Assembly: GCA_009914755.4 (NCBI GenBank)
Contig: CP068257.2
Span: 32,160,001-32,224,000, forward strand
Direction of reading: 5' to 3'
Length of the DNA stretch: 64,000 nt
DNA from: the human T2T-CHM13v2.0 reference genome, Homo sapiens
Positions within the stretch are counted from its first letter, which is position 1. Every line of letters begins with the position of its first letter. A model generated the notes under the pieces. It saw only the letters and a program-made list of their open reading frames with translations. It did no database searches and was not told the origin of the DNA. Both the position numbers and the translations under genes were made by a program. Positions 45,452-59,964 of the stretch are shown here, in pieces.

Positions 45452-48400
45452 GTAAACCCACATTAACTGTTTCCTCTCCCTTTCTGTGCGGTGATTCTCT
45501 TTGTGGGGAGTCACGATGTTTGACAGCGGAACTTTGTTGGGTTTTGCTAAGTTCTGGAATGTGACAGTAAATCCAGTGTGACCTGTCATTGTTTGATCTT
45601 GTCATTTGGCACTGCGCAGTAAGCACTGGCTTCCCCCAAGCAGAATGCCATCAGGGCTAAGTGGAGGCTGAGTGTGATGGGGCTGGTCCGCATCAGCTGG
45701 GAGGATAATGTTCAGTATTAAGCTCTCTTCCTGCCTGTAACTGACTTACGCTTTGGAGTAAACTTTCTTGATTAGATCATTATGGTCATTGATTTTTAAA
45801 TGCCCAAGAATGGTAGCAATATTTTGCCTGTATAAACAGAAGTATTCTGGTGATAATCGCCCCAGAATATTGGATATTATTAGAAAGTTTTTAGAATTTC
45901 TGGTTTTGCCCACACAGTAGAAAGACACAAGATCTAAGGGATGGGTACACTTTTGGCTAGGCCTTAGAATCTCCGTTGATCAGGACTGAATTTAAGTGCT
46001 GTTATCCGTATGAATTGGAAGTGCTCTCACTGTTGTTAAATAGAGCCCTAAAAATTTGATCACATAAACTGTGGTCTTAAGATAGTGCAAGTTGAATGGA
46101 ATGGTGGGGTGGACCTACCACAGAGCATGGGAGTCAGTCTTGTAGGAGCCACTTGCACGTTAGTGGAGAGTTTCAGGGTATAAATGGAGTCATTTAACAG
46201 ATCCAATGCACATTTAAAAAAACCAACAAGAATTAACTCCTTTTTTTTTTAAGTGTTGACAGTCAATTCACAGTTATTTTCTTTTTCTCCTCATACCTCC
46301 TAGGTACTGAGAGAGAAAAGGCTGGCAGGGAGCCTGTAGGGGCCGCTTTCTCAGGAGTGAGCAAGTGGACAAAGTTCTCTCTCTCTTTCAAATGCCAGTA
46401 GTAGAGTGTATACTGGGCTCTTACATGTGCGGCTCCGTGTACTCGGAGCTGCTCTGGGAGCGAGGCTGGGCCTGGTGCCCTGCTCTAGGAGTCCTGCCCT
46501 TGGCCTGCTCACCTCTCCTGCAGCTCCCAGAAATGATTTTATTTGCTTGGGTTTTGTTTTTTTAAGGGGTGGCATTGTTTTGCTTTTTGGTTTTTCTTGC
46601 TGCGGTCTTGAGAGCAGCTAAGTGGAATTCCCATGGATGGATTTACATAAGTCTGCCCACCCTTGGAGAATCTGGCAGAAGCCCGGAAGAAAGTAATTTT
46701 GCCCTGCGAGACAGCTGGCATATTGGACTTTTCAGACCTGGAAACAGAGAATTCAATTCTTCTCCAGGCCAGCAAGTCGAGTCCAATGAGAGTCATACAG
46801 ATGATATTTCAGGGGAATTGGGTAAAACACTAAAAGCCAAACTCAATTTCTACTACCGTGCATGAAAACTCTTAAAGTGACTTTACCTTTTGGATCAGTT
46901 AAAATACGAAAGCCATTACTTGTAATGTATTTTAATAAGTTACAGTTTTCTACTTTAATAAAACCATCCGAAATAAATTTTAGGAAAACACACAGTGACT
47001 TTTTTTTTTAAGGTAAGTGGAGTTGTAAGGTACTTTCTTAACCACAGTCTTAAATTATTAGCCACAGAAGAACTAGCAGTACTAGAAATTTTTAGATATA
47101 CATCTAGCTATACTATTCAATAATAATGAAAAAAAAACCTGAAAACTCAGCTCTTTCGTCCTACTTGAATACAGAATTCAGTGTAAAAGCAAAATATCCG
47201 ACCCAACCTAACACCAGACCCAGCTTCAGATACCAGAACTGACGTCTGGGCATGGGGAGAGTCGTCCCATCCTGCTTCCCTTCTCTGTATGGGCAGGTCT
47301 GGGGCACAGTCTGGGGGACTTTATAGGTGCAGGGAGGACAGAACATGGCCTTCTGAATCCATCTCAGCTTATGGGGCTGGCTGTGGTTTTTCAAAGGGAG
47401 CACATTGAAACTACTTGAACTCTAGGGTACTGCCAATTGCCTTGTTCTTTTTATGGAGTATAGGGAGTAGATTCTAAGCCTGTACTAGGAAAGTTAACTG
47501 GTCACTGGAGTCTTGTTTCATTGGTATTCCTTTTTTTGATATGCAGCCTATTGAAAAATAGTGAGAGATTGCTTTTGTATAACTTTGTTCGTTAATAAAG
47601 CAGAATCAGAGTAAAAATTTAACCCGAACTTTTCCTGGTAAATGTTTCTTAAATTTCAATAAGCAAAATAAAGAGACTGTAAGTTGTGTTCCTGGTAGAT
47701 AAATGGCATATTTTTATTCTTTCAGTAACTCATGTTTTGTTTATTAAGCCTTTTGTTTTGTTTTAATTGGAATGCTTAATTTACTGCAAGATAGACTCAA
47801 GCATAAATTAATTTAGAATAAAGTACTTTGTAACAACAGATTCCGTTCTGGCTCCTGTCCTGCCTCTCGTGGTCTCTGTTGTTGGCTTACTTGGCTGGTT
47901 TAAAATTCCATGAGTATCCCAGAGAGGAATTCAACCCCAGAGCACTTTTTAAACACTTGATAGTTGGGAAGAAATATGCTCTGCCTCTATGCATTGATAG
48001 AGAAATTTCAATGTATAAACTCTGTGAAATTGGGTGGAAAGGCCACACAGGACAGCCACTGCCTCTTTGGATAGAGAGGGGTGAATAGGATGGGGGAAGA
48101 GAGGTTCCAGTTGTCCCTGTTAGTTTTTTAAAAAAGAAAGCTCCTGAAGCAAATGTGCAAAATATTAATATTTTAATGTGTTAAAACCGGGTAGTAGGCT
48201 CGTGAGTTATATTCCCTGTACTTTTTATGTGTGAAATATTTCATAATTAGCCATGTGAAAATAAGTCCGAGCTTAGTGTTTAGGATGTAAACTAACAGTC
48301 TTCCTAGCCTGGAACCTCCTCTTAGATTTGACCAGGTCCGAGAAGTGCCTGTGCTTGGAGCCCTCTGGGCTCTTACAGGCGCCATACTCTGCTGTTTTTT

Positions 48401-48615
48401 TCTCTTATAGAAATGAGTAAAAGCCACATGTTTTAATTATTTTTTTCCATGTTTTCCTGATCTATATCCTTGTGTCAGGTGATACAGTGCTATGTTTTCC
48501 CAGAATGAAAAGTGGGGCTTTGGGGCTCAAGCGGGTTTGTATCATCATTAATCGTTTTTAAAGTTGCATGATCAAAACTTCAGCATGCAAATGAGACCTT
48601 TTGCTCTGTTTTAAG

Positions 48616-48661
48616 GGCTCTGGAACTGCTGGGAAAACAGGGAGTTTAGGAAAAAAACCTG
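48616..48661 (+). CDS. ITSN1: ITSN1 46-nt linker exon: GSGTAGKTGSLGKKP(+G)
   Basis: Acceptor is ttttgctctgttttaAG. Donor is GTAAGT at 48662. It is in frame between SH3C and SH3D. Confidence 0.85.
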
Positions 48662-48912
48662 GTAAGTTACAAACCCTGATGCTTACTTTTCAATGTTTTG
48701 AATGTAATTGATAGTTGCTCCCCATCTTTGTGTATTAGGGCCAGAAGCCTAAAATAAAAAGAATCTTTCCTAAGAGTGGTGAGAGTAAGTCCTTTCCTTG
48801 GAATCCATTAATAATTTTACTTGGTTATGAGATTTGTCTGTTGCTTCACACATGAAGAGTGGAGACGTTACCTAACAGAATGTTCTCTTGGGTTGTCGAG
48901 AAATAATTCAGG

Positions 48913-49236
48913 TGAGGCCAGGCACGGTGGCTCATGCCTGTAATCCCAGCAGTTTTGGAGACCGAGGCAGGTGGATCATTTGAGGTCAGGAGTTTAAGAC
49001 CAGCCTGGCCAACAGGGGAATCCCGGTCTGTACCAAAAAATAGAAAAATTAGCCAGGCATAGTGGCATACACCTGTAATCCCAGCTACTCGAGAGGCTGA
49101 GGCAGGGGAATCACTTGAACCCGGGAGGCCAAGGTGGCAGTGAGCCGAGGTTGCTCCACTTCACTCCAGCCTGGGCGATAGAACAAGACTCTATCTCAAA
49201 AAATAAAATAAAATAAAATAAAATAAATATATAGAT
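48913..49236 (+). mobile_element. Alu, sense, with an (AAAAT)n tail
   Basis: Starts tgaggccaggcacggtggctcatgcctgtaatcccagcagttttggagaccgagg and ends with a tail of aaaataaaataaaataaaataaaataaatatatagat. The TSD aaataattcagg lies at 48901..48912 and 49237..49248. Confidence 0.93.
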
Positions 49237-51421
49237 AAATAATTCAGGCAAGATGCTGGGAAGTTATAATACATGGAGCTGTAGGATTATGGGCTCAGCT
49301 GCTTCTCCGTCTTCCTCTTAGGCTTGGTTAGCCCTTTTTCATTTCATAACAATGCATTCCCAGGACACAAACAATGGAGAAGATTAGAGTGTAGGTCCCA
49401 TTAATGTAGAAGCCATAGGATGGTTTTCCTCGGTACACATTGAAGGTACAAAATTGTAGTCATGCCTCTGAATCCAAAGTGTTTTAGTTTATTTCAGTAA
49501 AATCACATGTGCTATAAATAGCACGAAAAAGAAAAGAAAGAAGCGGATGTGAAATAATACGGTTTCTGTGGCACGTCTTCCTGGTCTAGGTCATTTGAAC
49601 TTTTTGGCTATCATATTCTTAGAAAATTATAGGTTGAAACAGTCACTGAATTGCCAAGAGACGGATTTGCTTGTCTGTCTGGTGCCCAGCTCCAACTGGG
49701 CTTACATGGCTAGGGAAAAGAAGGGAAATTTCACGTAGTCTAGGATTTTATTTTAGTCAGATAAATACTGGATGGAGTATTTAGTCAGATAAATACAGTG
49801 GATGGAGATACATTGGACCACCCCACCAAATCTCCGTTTTAAGTGTAAGTTTTCTAAGTTTTGTACACTTGTCATTCCAGAGGGTCCAGATATTTCATAG
49901 ATGAAGCCCAGGTGGGCTTTGCTTTGCACTGAAACTAGCAAGAAAGGACACAAAAGACTGCAGAGAATGTTGGGGCAGATTGCTGGCTGCGTATGCCAGG
50001 TCCCTTGAGGAGCAAGAACATCCAGTGCCAAATAGGACACTAGTTTGGTCTTTCTCCAAACCATAAACTCTTGGAACCAAGAGCTGGTCTTTGGTGTGTT
50101 GCAGGAGAGTCCTCATCCCAGCGTAGACATCCCAGCTGGAGCTCCCAGTCAGAGCCTAGGCTGGGCCAGTAGACCATGCTGTGGCCTTTCTTGCTTGCCC
50201 CAAGCTCTGCAAAGCATCAGGCAGGGCCAGGCCTGCACCATGACCGCCAGGTGCTTCTATCCTGGTGGCCGACCCCTGATAGCATGCAGAACAGAATGAG
50301 AGCGGCTTGCTTAAGGGCCAGAGTCTTACTTGTTCCCTGGAGTGAGTAGAAAAGTAGGAAATCTCGTCAGAACATGAGACCTTTTTGCGTTCTTCCTTTC
50401 CATTCTTCTTTACTTCATTCCCTCTTTCTTCTTTTTTTTCTGTCCTTCTTTCCTTCTTTTCTCCTTTCGTTCACAAACCACACTTGGAGAGCAAGGGTAG
50501 AGGAGCAGAACAGTTTGTTCTCTATTGCTTCTAGAAGTTCAGAAAGCAGTAGTTGCAGATGAGCCAGAACTCAGGCAGAGAAGGGTTCTGTCTCTTCATA
50601 CTCAGTCTCCTGGGCCCGTGGAAATGGTGTGTTTCAGAGCCTGGTCTGTGGTACCGCTGGAGTTTTTCCCATGGGACTTTTCACATTCAGGAAAAGTACA
50701 GAACTGTTCACATTTTTTTCCCTGTGCTGAATTGTTTTTGCATAAAGTTCCCTTCTTAACTCCAGGTCCCTCCTGTAACGTGAAATAAAAAGAAAGAAAT
50801 TTGCCCTGCCATGATTTGCACCTGATATTCAGGGATCACTCTCAAAATGTGAGCCATAAAGAAGAAGGCTGTGTCGTTGGGAGTGAGAATCTGCAGCAAC
50901 AACATAGAAATAAGCCCCTGCCGGGCTCCCAGTGGTTTCTGAGGAAAATGGGCTTCTCTTTCTACTGTACTTGGCAGCTAGAAAAGCTATTGAGTCCTTT
51001 AGTCACTTCAAAGTAGCACTTTAGCCATTGGGTGCTACTGTGCTGGGGTGGGTGGTGAATGAGGCCCCACCCTTGGCCTCAGGGCATTCTGGGTAATTAT
51101 GGGAGGGGTGTGACAGAAGGTGCCAGGAGTGGGCAAGGAGCGGACTTCGTGGAGGGAAGTTGGTAAGTAAGTTTCACGGGATGACAAGGGAGTCTGCAGC
51201 CCACTGAGGGCTCAAGGATCAGCCAGGCCCTTGAATGCCGTGTCTGCCTGGTAGCTCTGGGAACGGGCGATTCAGGGAGCCTTACTCGTTGGGTAGAAAT
51301 CCAGCTCAATACATTGGTTTTGATGTGTTCATCTGTGAACCTGGGAGGCGCCTGCATCTTCTTGGCCTTTTCTCCTGCTGACTCTTAACAGTGCACTGCC
51401 GTGTTTGATCTTGTTTTTCAG

Positions 51422-51543
51422 AAATTGCCCAGGTTATTGCCTCATACACCGCCACCGGCCCCGAGCAGCTCACTCTCGCCCCTGGTCAGCTGATTTTGAT
51501 CCGAAAAAAGAACCCAGGTGGATGGTGGGAAGGAGAGCTGCAA
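51422..51543 (+). CDS. ITSN1: ITSN1 exon encoding the N-terminal part of SH3D: (E)[40 protein letters not shown]
   Basis: Acceptor is gtgtttgatcttgtttttcAG. Donor is GTCAGT at 51544. Confidence 0.9.
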
Positions 51544-54500
51544 GTCAGTGTCTTTTTTGTTTATTTACAATTCTCCATCCAAGTTTCAATACACAAAATC
51601 TCAAAGGGACGCTATTTTATTGTAAAGTACAAACCACCCCTCACCACCTAAATTCTGTATTTGGATAGTGAGAGATGCCAAATTTTCTGTGTTTGTTTGG
51701 TTCCTAAGTTTCAGACAGCCGGTAACAGATTTCTGAGAGCTAGGAGCGCATACGAAAACATATCTTTCCCATTCCTGAATTCAGATAGAGTCGGCATAGT
51801 GAGAACTCATATGACGAGGGATGCCTGCATATCCTTATGTGCCTTGGCATTAGAGAGTGGAGCTTTTCATCAGTGGTATTAGAAGGTGTGGCACAAGAGC
51901 AGATTTCTTTGCATTCAAAGCCACATCCATACATCACAGTATTTTTAGTTCCCGTGTGTGTGCGCGCACGTGTGTGTGTGTGTATTGTTAATCATATCAT
52001 CTTGTTTACACATTTTACCATTCCAGATACTTCCTATAAGTCTCATTTCCAGAGACAAAGATGCTTTAAAAAGATTACTGTTACGCAGTTCTCATGGTAA
52101 AACTTCTTAGAATCATTGGTGGATGCCCAATCTGCAAGAAAATTTTCAGTAGGAGCAGAAAATGTGCATGGTCTTGAAGTGACCCCCACAGATCACTCAT
52201 GATCTGCAGGGGAAAACACAATAATTATAGAGTGGGGAACTAGGACAAGACCTGAATGAGGTGATCAGAATGATGAGCAGTGGGGAGACCAGAGGACATG
52301 GTGTGTGTACAGCTGTGCCGGGAGGGAGGAGGGAGGGAGTGACTGGTCTTCAAAACCGTCAGGATCATAAAAGACAAAACCTGTCGAAAGGGGGCTAAAG
52401 AGGCGTGAGGACTGGCTGCAGTATCTAGACTCAGTGCAGTATCTAGACCCTGTGTGAAAGAAAACCACGCTGTCAAGGACATTTTTGGGATAATGGACAA
52501 AATTGGGTTATGGACACTACATTAGACAAAATTACTGTACCAGTGTAAAATTTACAGAAAGCAATAACTGTACTGTGGTTATATAAGAGAATATTCTTAT
52601 TTTTAGGAGATACGTGTTGAAGTATTTAGGGGTAGAGTTAAGATGTAAGCAACTTGCAATCAGATGAATCAAAAAAAGAACTTGCAGAGAAGAGGGTGGG
52701 GGGGGAGGGAGGGAGAACGCGCACAAATGAGGGAGCAGCTGCTGCCAAGTGTTGACAGTAGGTGAATTCGGGTAAAGGGCCTATGGGTGTTCTGTGTGCT
52801 TTTCTTATTCTTGCCAATTTTCCTGAGTTTGAAATCATTTCTAAATAAAAAGTTGCCTTTAAAAAGTTACTACTATAGCAGTTACTTGAGAGGTAAGCCA
52901 GCTGACTTTTCATACAGAAAGTGTGTCTCCCTCCCCGCATCCTCCCCCATCCAAAGTGAAGATCAGCCTCAGACTGCCAGGCGGGCACCTGGCCACCTGC
53001 TTCATAGCTTAGTGAAGGACAGGGCTTGCTCCCTGGCTTGCCCACATGGGGCCTATGGAAGGACTGAATTTTCCAGCAGCCGTCCGTCTCTCTGGCGTTT
53101 GTTGAACGTGGGCCTCTGCGTAACACAGGGGGGCCTCAGTAAGGCTTGAACGGATATAGGAAGGAATGGTTTCTGGAATGCTTTGTGAGGAAGGGGCCCA
53201 TGGGAACCCTTTGGTGGCTATTAGTGGGCCTGTAGACTGACTTACCCAATCTGCTGGTATTTGTCTGCCCATGAGCAGGACGGTATGGAACTACGTAAGT
53301 TTGAGGGGGAAGAGGGAGGCAGGAAACCTTTGCCATGCAGTGGACTAGCCACGGAAGACAGACCCTCAGGTGCTCCTGAGGAATGGAGGTTGGAACAGCA
53401 GGAGCAGGAAGGAAGAAGGCCTTGCTGGGGAAGGCCTCGGGTCTCACACAGTCCCGTCTACCACTCTGTGGAAGTGAGCCTGAGGCCAGGACAGGAAGAG
53501 CCACACTGGAGAGCTGAATATATAAGAAACGCATCTTGGCCAGAATAGAAGGCACAACCTGGAGTGTAACTAAAGATGAAACTTTCCCTGGAGAGTTTGC
53601 TGATGGACACCCATAAATGTCCAGATACTACTCACTGGTTAAGGAATCTGACCTCTGGAGGCCTGGAAATCCACTCCTTTTTGTCAGCATGCCTTCTCCT
53701 GTGCTGGGGAGGGAGAGGCCTCCTTAGACCCTCGGGTCCCACTCCCTGCTTAGAGTTGTGCTGTATCACCCATTGGTCCTTCCAGCATCATGCCCCTGTC
53801 CTGTTCTGGAGACGTGGGAGACTCCCATCGCCTGTCCTCCTTGCCTGCCAGGGGAAGGCTTCCTGCGGGGCCCCTCTCCCCGGTGCAGCCTCACGTCTTA
53901 CCGCTGAGCAATGACGTCTCCACTCCAGCCTCTTTGAAACACCAGCACCCCCTGCTCTCCTGCCTTGCTGCCTTTGTTCATGACATTTCTCACCAGCGGC
54001 CAACCAGCTCCAACCTCTCCACTTTCGCAAGAGCTGGGAGATCCCACTTCTGGAAGCTCTCTGTGACCATCCCAACCAGAAGCACCGTGTCCCTCCCCTG
54101 AGCTCCAGCACTGGCCCCGTGCCGGCACCACTCTTTAGTATTTTATATTACTTTGCTTTCTGTGCACATTTCTTACTTCCACATGTAGCTGACTAGCACC
54201 TTGGAGGCAGCAGCCGTATTTTTCAGTCCCCACACCTCTAGCACTGTGCTTAAGTGAGTGTTTGAGTGGTTCTTAGGATTCTCAATAAAGTGGCTGAGTT
54301 GCCATGACCCAGGAGAGCTCCTGGCGCTGTCACCAGAGTGACTCTCAGCGTGGATCCACAAATGAGGAAACACCAGTGAGTTCTGTGCTGTGCTGCAGAG
54401 GTGTGGGAAAGAGTGGTGTCATTGCGAGCAGAATGGTGGTATACTCGGTAGATAAACGTGGAAATTTGTAACCAGATGGCTTCAGTCATCGGCAGGTTCA

Positions 54501-55229
54501 CTGTAAACATAAAAGCTTTAGTCCTTGAGCCAAGGGGATGGAATCTATCAGACCTCAAGGAAAGGGAAACCTGCTCTGTGTTCTGAAAATGACCTAGAGG
54601 TATCCCTCTTGATAAACTGGCAGGTGGGAGGGCAGAGGTAATGTGGTGGAAGTTTTCTTTTCTTTTAGTTTTATTTCCTTATTTTGGGAATAGGTAATTA
54701 TAGTCACATGGTTTAAAATTCAAAAGTTACAAGGGGATATAAATGTCTCCCTCCCACCTTGTCCCCAGAGGTGGCTGTTTCGATCAGAGCCTTGTTTCTA
54801 GACGTGTGTGTGTGTATGTGTACGCATGTGTGTGTATGCACAAGTAGTTTTGGGTTCTCTTTTCTTGGTGGTGTACAGAAGGGTAGTCAAAGCCCGACTC
54901 ATGATCCCTAACTCGAGTCTTTTAATGGGATTGTGTCCTAACTGCAAAACCCGCCTCACCAACTTTGTTATAAACTCCCCGGGTTTATAGGGACAGTCAT
55001 CTACTGTCCCTTCCTAACAGCATGGTGCAGAAACACTCCATAAATGAGTCTTGTGTTGAATCAGATTGAATTAAGTGAGAAAGGAATGGCGGTGAAAAAT
55101 GTGGCTTTAGTCATCACATGGGCCTACGGGTTTGTGAAAGTAACATTGAGTCTCCTTGTGTTCTGTGTGTACTGCATGTATGTCATCTTGCATCTAAGGA
55201 TGTATATTACCCATAAAGGAGCATGCAGA

Positions 55230-55385
55230 CACATGAGTGCATCTTGGCTTGCCACTAACTGCCTGTGGCCTTGGGGCTGTCACTCAACTTTTCATCTGGA
55301 AATTGAGAATAATAATACTATTATCCTTCTGGAATTGTGTGCATAAATGCACAGGGCCTGGCTCATAAAAAGTACTCAGTGAGGG
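55230..55385 (+). mobile_element. MIR 3' fragment, interrupted at its end by the AluY insertion
   Basis: ttcatctggaaattgagaataataatactattatccttctggaattgtgtgcataaatgcacagggcctggctcataaaaagtactcagtga resembles the MIR tail (...tgtaaaatggggataataatac...gcacagtgcctggcacatagtaagcgctcaataaa). Confidence 0.55.
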
Positions 55386-55776
<391 letters not shown>

Positions 55777-56104
55777 CTACATTACCTGAAATTAACAGCT
55801 GAGTGCTAGCATTACATGAGTAGAATTTCCTGTCCCAGGCAATCCATGGTATATCTTAATTTTGTGATCCACACAGTCTAGCCGAAGCAAAAACATTCTG
55901 GGCTTTGCTGACCAGTGATTGCCACAATTTGAATTTTTAGCTATGGTGTTTTACTTTTGTGACATAGTAATCCATAGATTTTACCGTTAATGTCATTTGT
56001 TTTTCAGTTATATGTAAGCTTTACATAAGTGCTCTGTTATAAAGTGAGCTGTATTATAAAAGATGCGCCTTTAAAAATGTTTGATGTAATTATTTTCTTA
56101 CTAG

Positions 56105-56222
56105 GCACGTGGGAAAAAGCGCCAGATAGGCTGGTTCCCAGCTAATTATGTAAAGCTTCTAAGCCCTGGGACGAGCAAAATCACTCCAACAGAGCCACCT
56201 AAGTCAACAGCATTAGCGGCAG
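56105..56222 (+). CDS. ITSN1: ITSN1 exon encoding the C-terminal part of SH3D plus linker: [39 protein letters not shown](+G)
   Basis: Acceptor is taattattttcttactAG. Donor is GTAAGG at 56223. Confidence 0.9.
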
Positions 56223-57385
56223 GTAAGGAGTTTCGCATCTCTAACTGGAAGATGGTCTGCATGCCACTTGAGTTTTTCCACTTGATTTTCTCATTAAATA
56301 TCTTAGGTTGTTTTTCACATGTGCTTTAAAGCACTTCCTGTACTTGCTGGGACTGACACCCAACTAATGTGATATGGAATATGTCTTTCAAAAGGACCAG
56401 ATATCTAAGTGGCTTTTCTGTGCTGGATACAACAGAACCCTTGTTGGAATGCTCTTCTTGCAGGAGTCATGAATGCTGTGGCATTAAGGCCACATTTTCC
56501 TCTTGATTTCCTTCCAGCCATTTAAATTGGGGTTTAGGCTAGGGGGTGAGGTGACAGAAAGGGACACCCAAAAATAAACGGCTGGGGTCTCAGTAGGTCA
56601 TGAGATGGAGCTGGGGGCCACGGGGGTTGGGGGGCTATAATGTGGTGTTCACTGAAGACCAAAATAGCTCCCCTGTGACATTCACTGTGGGCAGAGGGGG
56701 CTTCGCTGGGCAGGCAGGATGTTGTACTCACTTTCCTGGAGGACTGGAAAAGAACAGAGCACAGCAGTTGGCCCAGTTGGCTATTTTCTGATTGAAGGGA
56801 CCAAATGAGATGCTTCAGCAAGATCTGAGAGAGGTGAGGTCAGGGGGAGCAGATTTCTGCTTTAGGTCTTTAAGCCATCATTCTTGGTTGGCTTTTGTGG
56901 AAAGTGTAGAATTTTTGTTCCAATACCTTGTGGTTAAATATCTGTGCTGTATGTACCCAGTGAGATAAGATTAAAAACTGGCAGCCTTCTCAAGAAATTA
57001 AAGGATGGGCAAACTTTGTGATGAGCCGCAGTCCCCACTGGGCCTCTTTGCTTGAGCTGTGGCCTTGTGTAGGCTGAGGAATGTGGTTCCCGCAGGGTTT
57101 GCTGTCCCCTGGAGAGATGTGTCAGTATCCCTCCACTTCCATGTACAGCCCCTTCCTCAGGCCCGCTGAAATTAGTTGCTGAAGTGATTGAATTAGCTGG
57201 AGAATTTAAAAAGCCTAAACCTATTTATTAATAGGTTGGTTAAGAAAGATTCATAGGGACTGTGACCTGTTGGTGCAGACTCATCTGAAGTAGAAGTGCC
57301 AAAGAATGAGAACAATTTTACCTCCTGTAAGCTTGAGAGAAAATGAGAAAAGAAAAATTGTTCTTGAGGGTGGAGATTTCTTTCA

Positions 57386-57773
<388 letters not shown>

Positions 57774-58238
57774 CTAAGATTTGGAATTCTTGGAGGTCAA
57801 ATGATGATTACCTTCCACTTTAAACCAAAAAGGAAAAATGATAGTAAAGTCCCCATGATACATAGCTGTCCTGTGCAGCAGAAGATAGGATGGGGTTGGG
57901 CTGGTCTTTCCAGAGTCAGCAGTAGGAAGGAGTTCCGCTGCACTCAAAACGAAAGCCCTCGATTAGCACTGTACATTTTCTGCTGACAAGTAAACATGAA
58001 AAAGAGGACGATATCATAAAAACTAAAGACTTAGTGTGAAAATTTTGTTGTTGTCTTAGTTTTTAATTCTTCACCTTTATTGCCCACACTGTAAAAAGCC
58101 CAACAGAACAGTTCCACCTACTGTCACCCTCTTCTGAAAGGACAGAAATAGTAGCTGGGAATGTTGAATGGCTGCGCGGTACCCGTTGTGCATTCTCCGG
58201 CGGGTGTGCAGCCGCTCACCCAGCCCTGTCTCCTGCAG

Positions 58239-58430
58239 TGTGCCAGGTGATTGGGATGTACGACTACACCGCGCAGAATGACGATGAGCTGGCCTTCAAC
58301 AAGGGCCAGATCATCAACGTCCTCAACAAGGAGGACCCTGACTGGTGGAAAGGAGAAGTCAATGGACAAGTGGGGCTCTTCCCATCCAATTATGTGAAGC
58401 TGACCACAGACATGGACCCAAGCCAGCAAT
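58239..58430 (+). CDS. ITSN1: ITSN1 SH3E exon: (V)[63 protein letters not shown](+T). If the GTAAGT donor at 58431 is not used, the frame stays open to a TGA at 58499..58501, adding [23 protein letters not shown].
   Basis: Acceptor is cagccctgtctcctgcAG. The donor at 58431 is GTAAGT. I recall that the short ITSN1 isoform terminates just after SH3E while the long isoform splices onward to the DH-domain exons, which lie outside this window. Confidence 0.88.
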
Positions 58431-59964
58431 GTAAGTGCCCTGGTGGCTCTGTCGCCTCGCCTCTCTGGTATCTTCCCGTAAAACATGCAGCATTGCTCTG
58501 ATTCTGCTGAGCTTTGTTTGCAGAACTTAAAGCTAGACCATTGCTGCATTCGCAGTCGTCTCTTTGAAGACCTTCTGTAATGCAAGAGTTTATCTCATGG
58601 GGTTTTATTTCTCTTTAATTTTCATTCCTTCTGTAGCATGTCCCCTCCCTCCCCTCCCTCCTTTTTCCTTTTTTTTTTTAAATCATTTTGGCACCATGCT
58701 GTTTACATGCCTGACTCATTTTCCTAGCTTGAATTTTGCTCATTGTTTTGTTTTGCTTATGTGTTGTTTTCCTCCTTTTTCTAGGAATCATATGTTGTCC
58801 ATCCCCCCCTCAGGCTTGAAAGTCCTCAAAGAGACCCACTATCCCATATCACTGCCCAGAGGGATGATGGGAGATGCAGCCTTGATCATGTGACTTCCAG
58901 CATGATCACCTACTGCCTTCTGAGTAGAAGAACTCACTGCAGAGCAGTTTACCTCATTTTACCTTAGTTGCATGTGATCGCAATGTTTGAGTTATTACTT
59001 GCAGAGATAGGAGCAAAAATTACAAAAACACACAGGGTAGTGGGTCCTTTTGTGGCTTTCCTAGTTACTCAAATTGACTTTCCCCCACCTTTGCACAGGT
59101 GCTTTCAATAGTTTTAAAATTATTTTTAAATATATATTTTAGCTTTTTAATAAACAAAATAAATAAATGACTTCTTTGCTATTTTGGTTTTGCAAAAAGA
59201 CCCACTATCAAGGAATGCTGCATGTGCTATTAAAAATTGTTCCAAATGTCCATAAATCTGAGACTTGATGTATTTTTTCATTTTGTCCAGTGTTACCAAC
59301 TAAATTGTGCAGTTTGGGGCTTTTCCCCCTTACCATAGAAGTGCAGAGGAGTTCAGTATCTCTGTTTTAAAGACGTATAGAATGAGCCCAATTAAAGCGA
59401 AGGTGTTTGTGCTTGTTTGTGTGTATCAGCTGTACCTTGTTGAGCATGTAATACATCCTGTACATAAGAAATTAGTTCTTTCCATGGCAAAGCTATTACC
59501 TTGTACGATGCTCTAATCATATTGCATTTAATTTTATTTTGCACAGTGACCTTGTAGCCACATGAGAAAGCACTCTGTGTTTTTGTTCGGTCTCAGATTT
59601 ATCTGGTTGAGTTGGTGTTTTGTTTGGGGTTTTTAATTTTGCGTGTTTGCATAGCATAAAATCAGTAGACAACACCACTGAGGTCGTTACGATCAACGAT
59701 ATCCACAGTCTCTTTTTAGTCTCTGTTACATGAAGTTTTATTCCAGTTACTTTTCATGGAATGACCTATTTTGAACAAGTAATTTTCTTGACAAGAAAGA
59801 ATGTATAGAAGTCTCCCTGCAATTAATTTCCAATGTTTACATTTTTTAACTAGACTGTGGAATTTCTACAGATTAATATGAAATGGAGCTCATGGTCCGT
59901 TTGTGTGTTAGATATGCTGTAGCTGAAGCCCTGTTTGTCTTTTAAACACTAGTTGGAAGCTCTC

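Noticed and set aside
52638-54131. Several 100 to 160-aa ORFs on both strands in a GC-rich stretch between the SH3D exons
   Set aside because: There are no canonical splice sites in phase with the neighbouring ITSN1 exons, the peptides are Pro/Arg/Ser-rich and low-complexity, and such ORFs are expected by chance in GC-rich intronic DNA.
58124-58585. 153-aa minus-strand ORF overlapping the SH3E exon
   Set aside because: It is the antisense frame of a GC-rich coding exon. There are no splice or promoter signals, and the opposite strand carries a clear, phase-consistent ITSN1 exon.
59097-59142. Strong acceptor (ctttcccccacctttgcacAG) that would splice from the SH3E exon into a 14-codon tail CAFNSFKIIFKYIF* ending just before the AATAAA at 59149
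   Set aside because: The peptide is a hydrophobic, AT-rich low-complexity tail, and I cannot match it to any ITSN1 isoform. It is kept only as a low-probability alternative inside the short-isoform finding.
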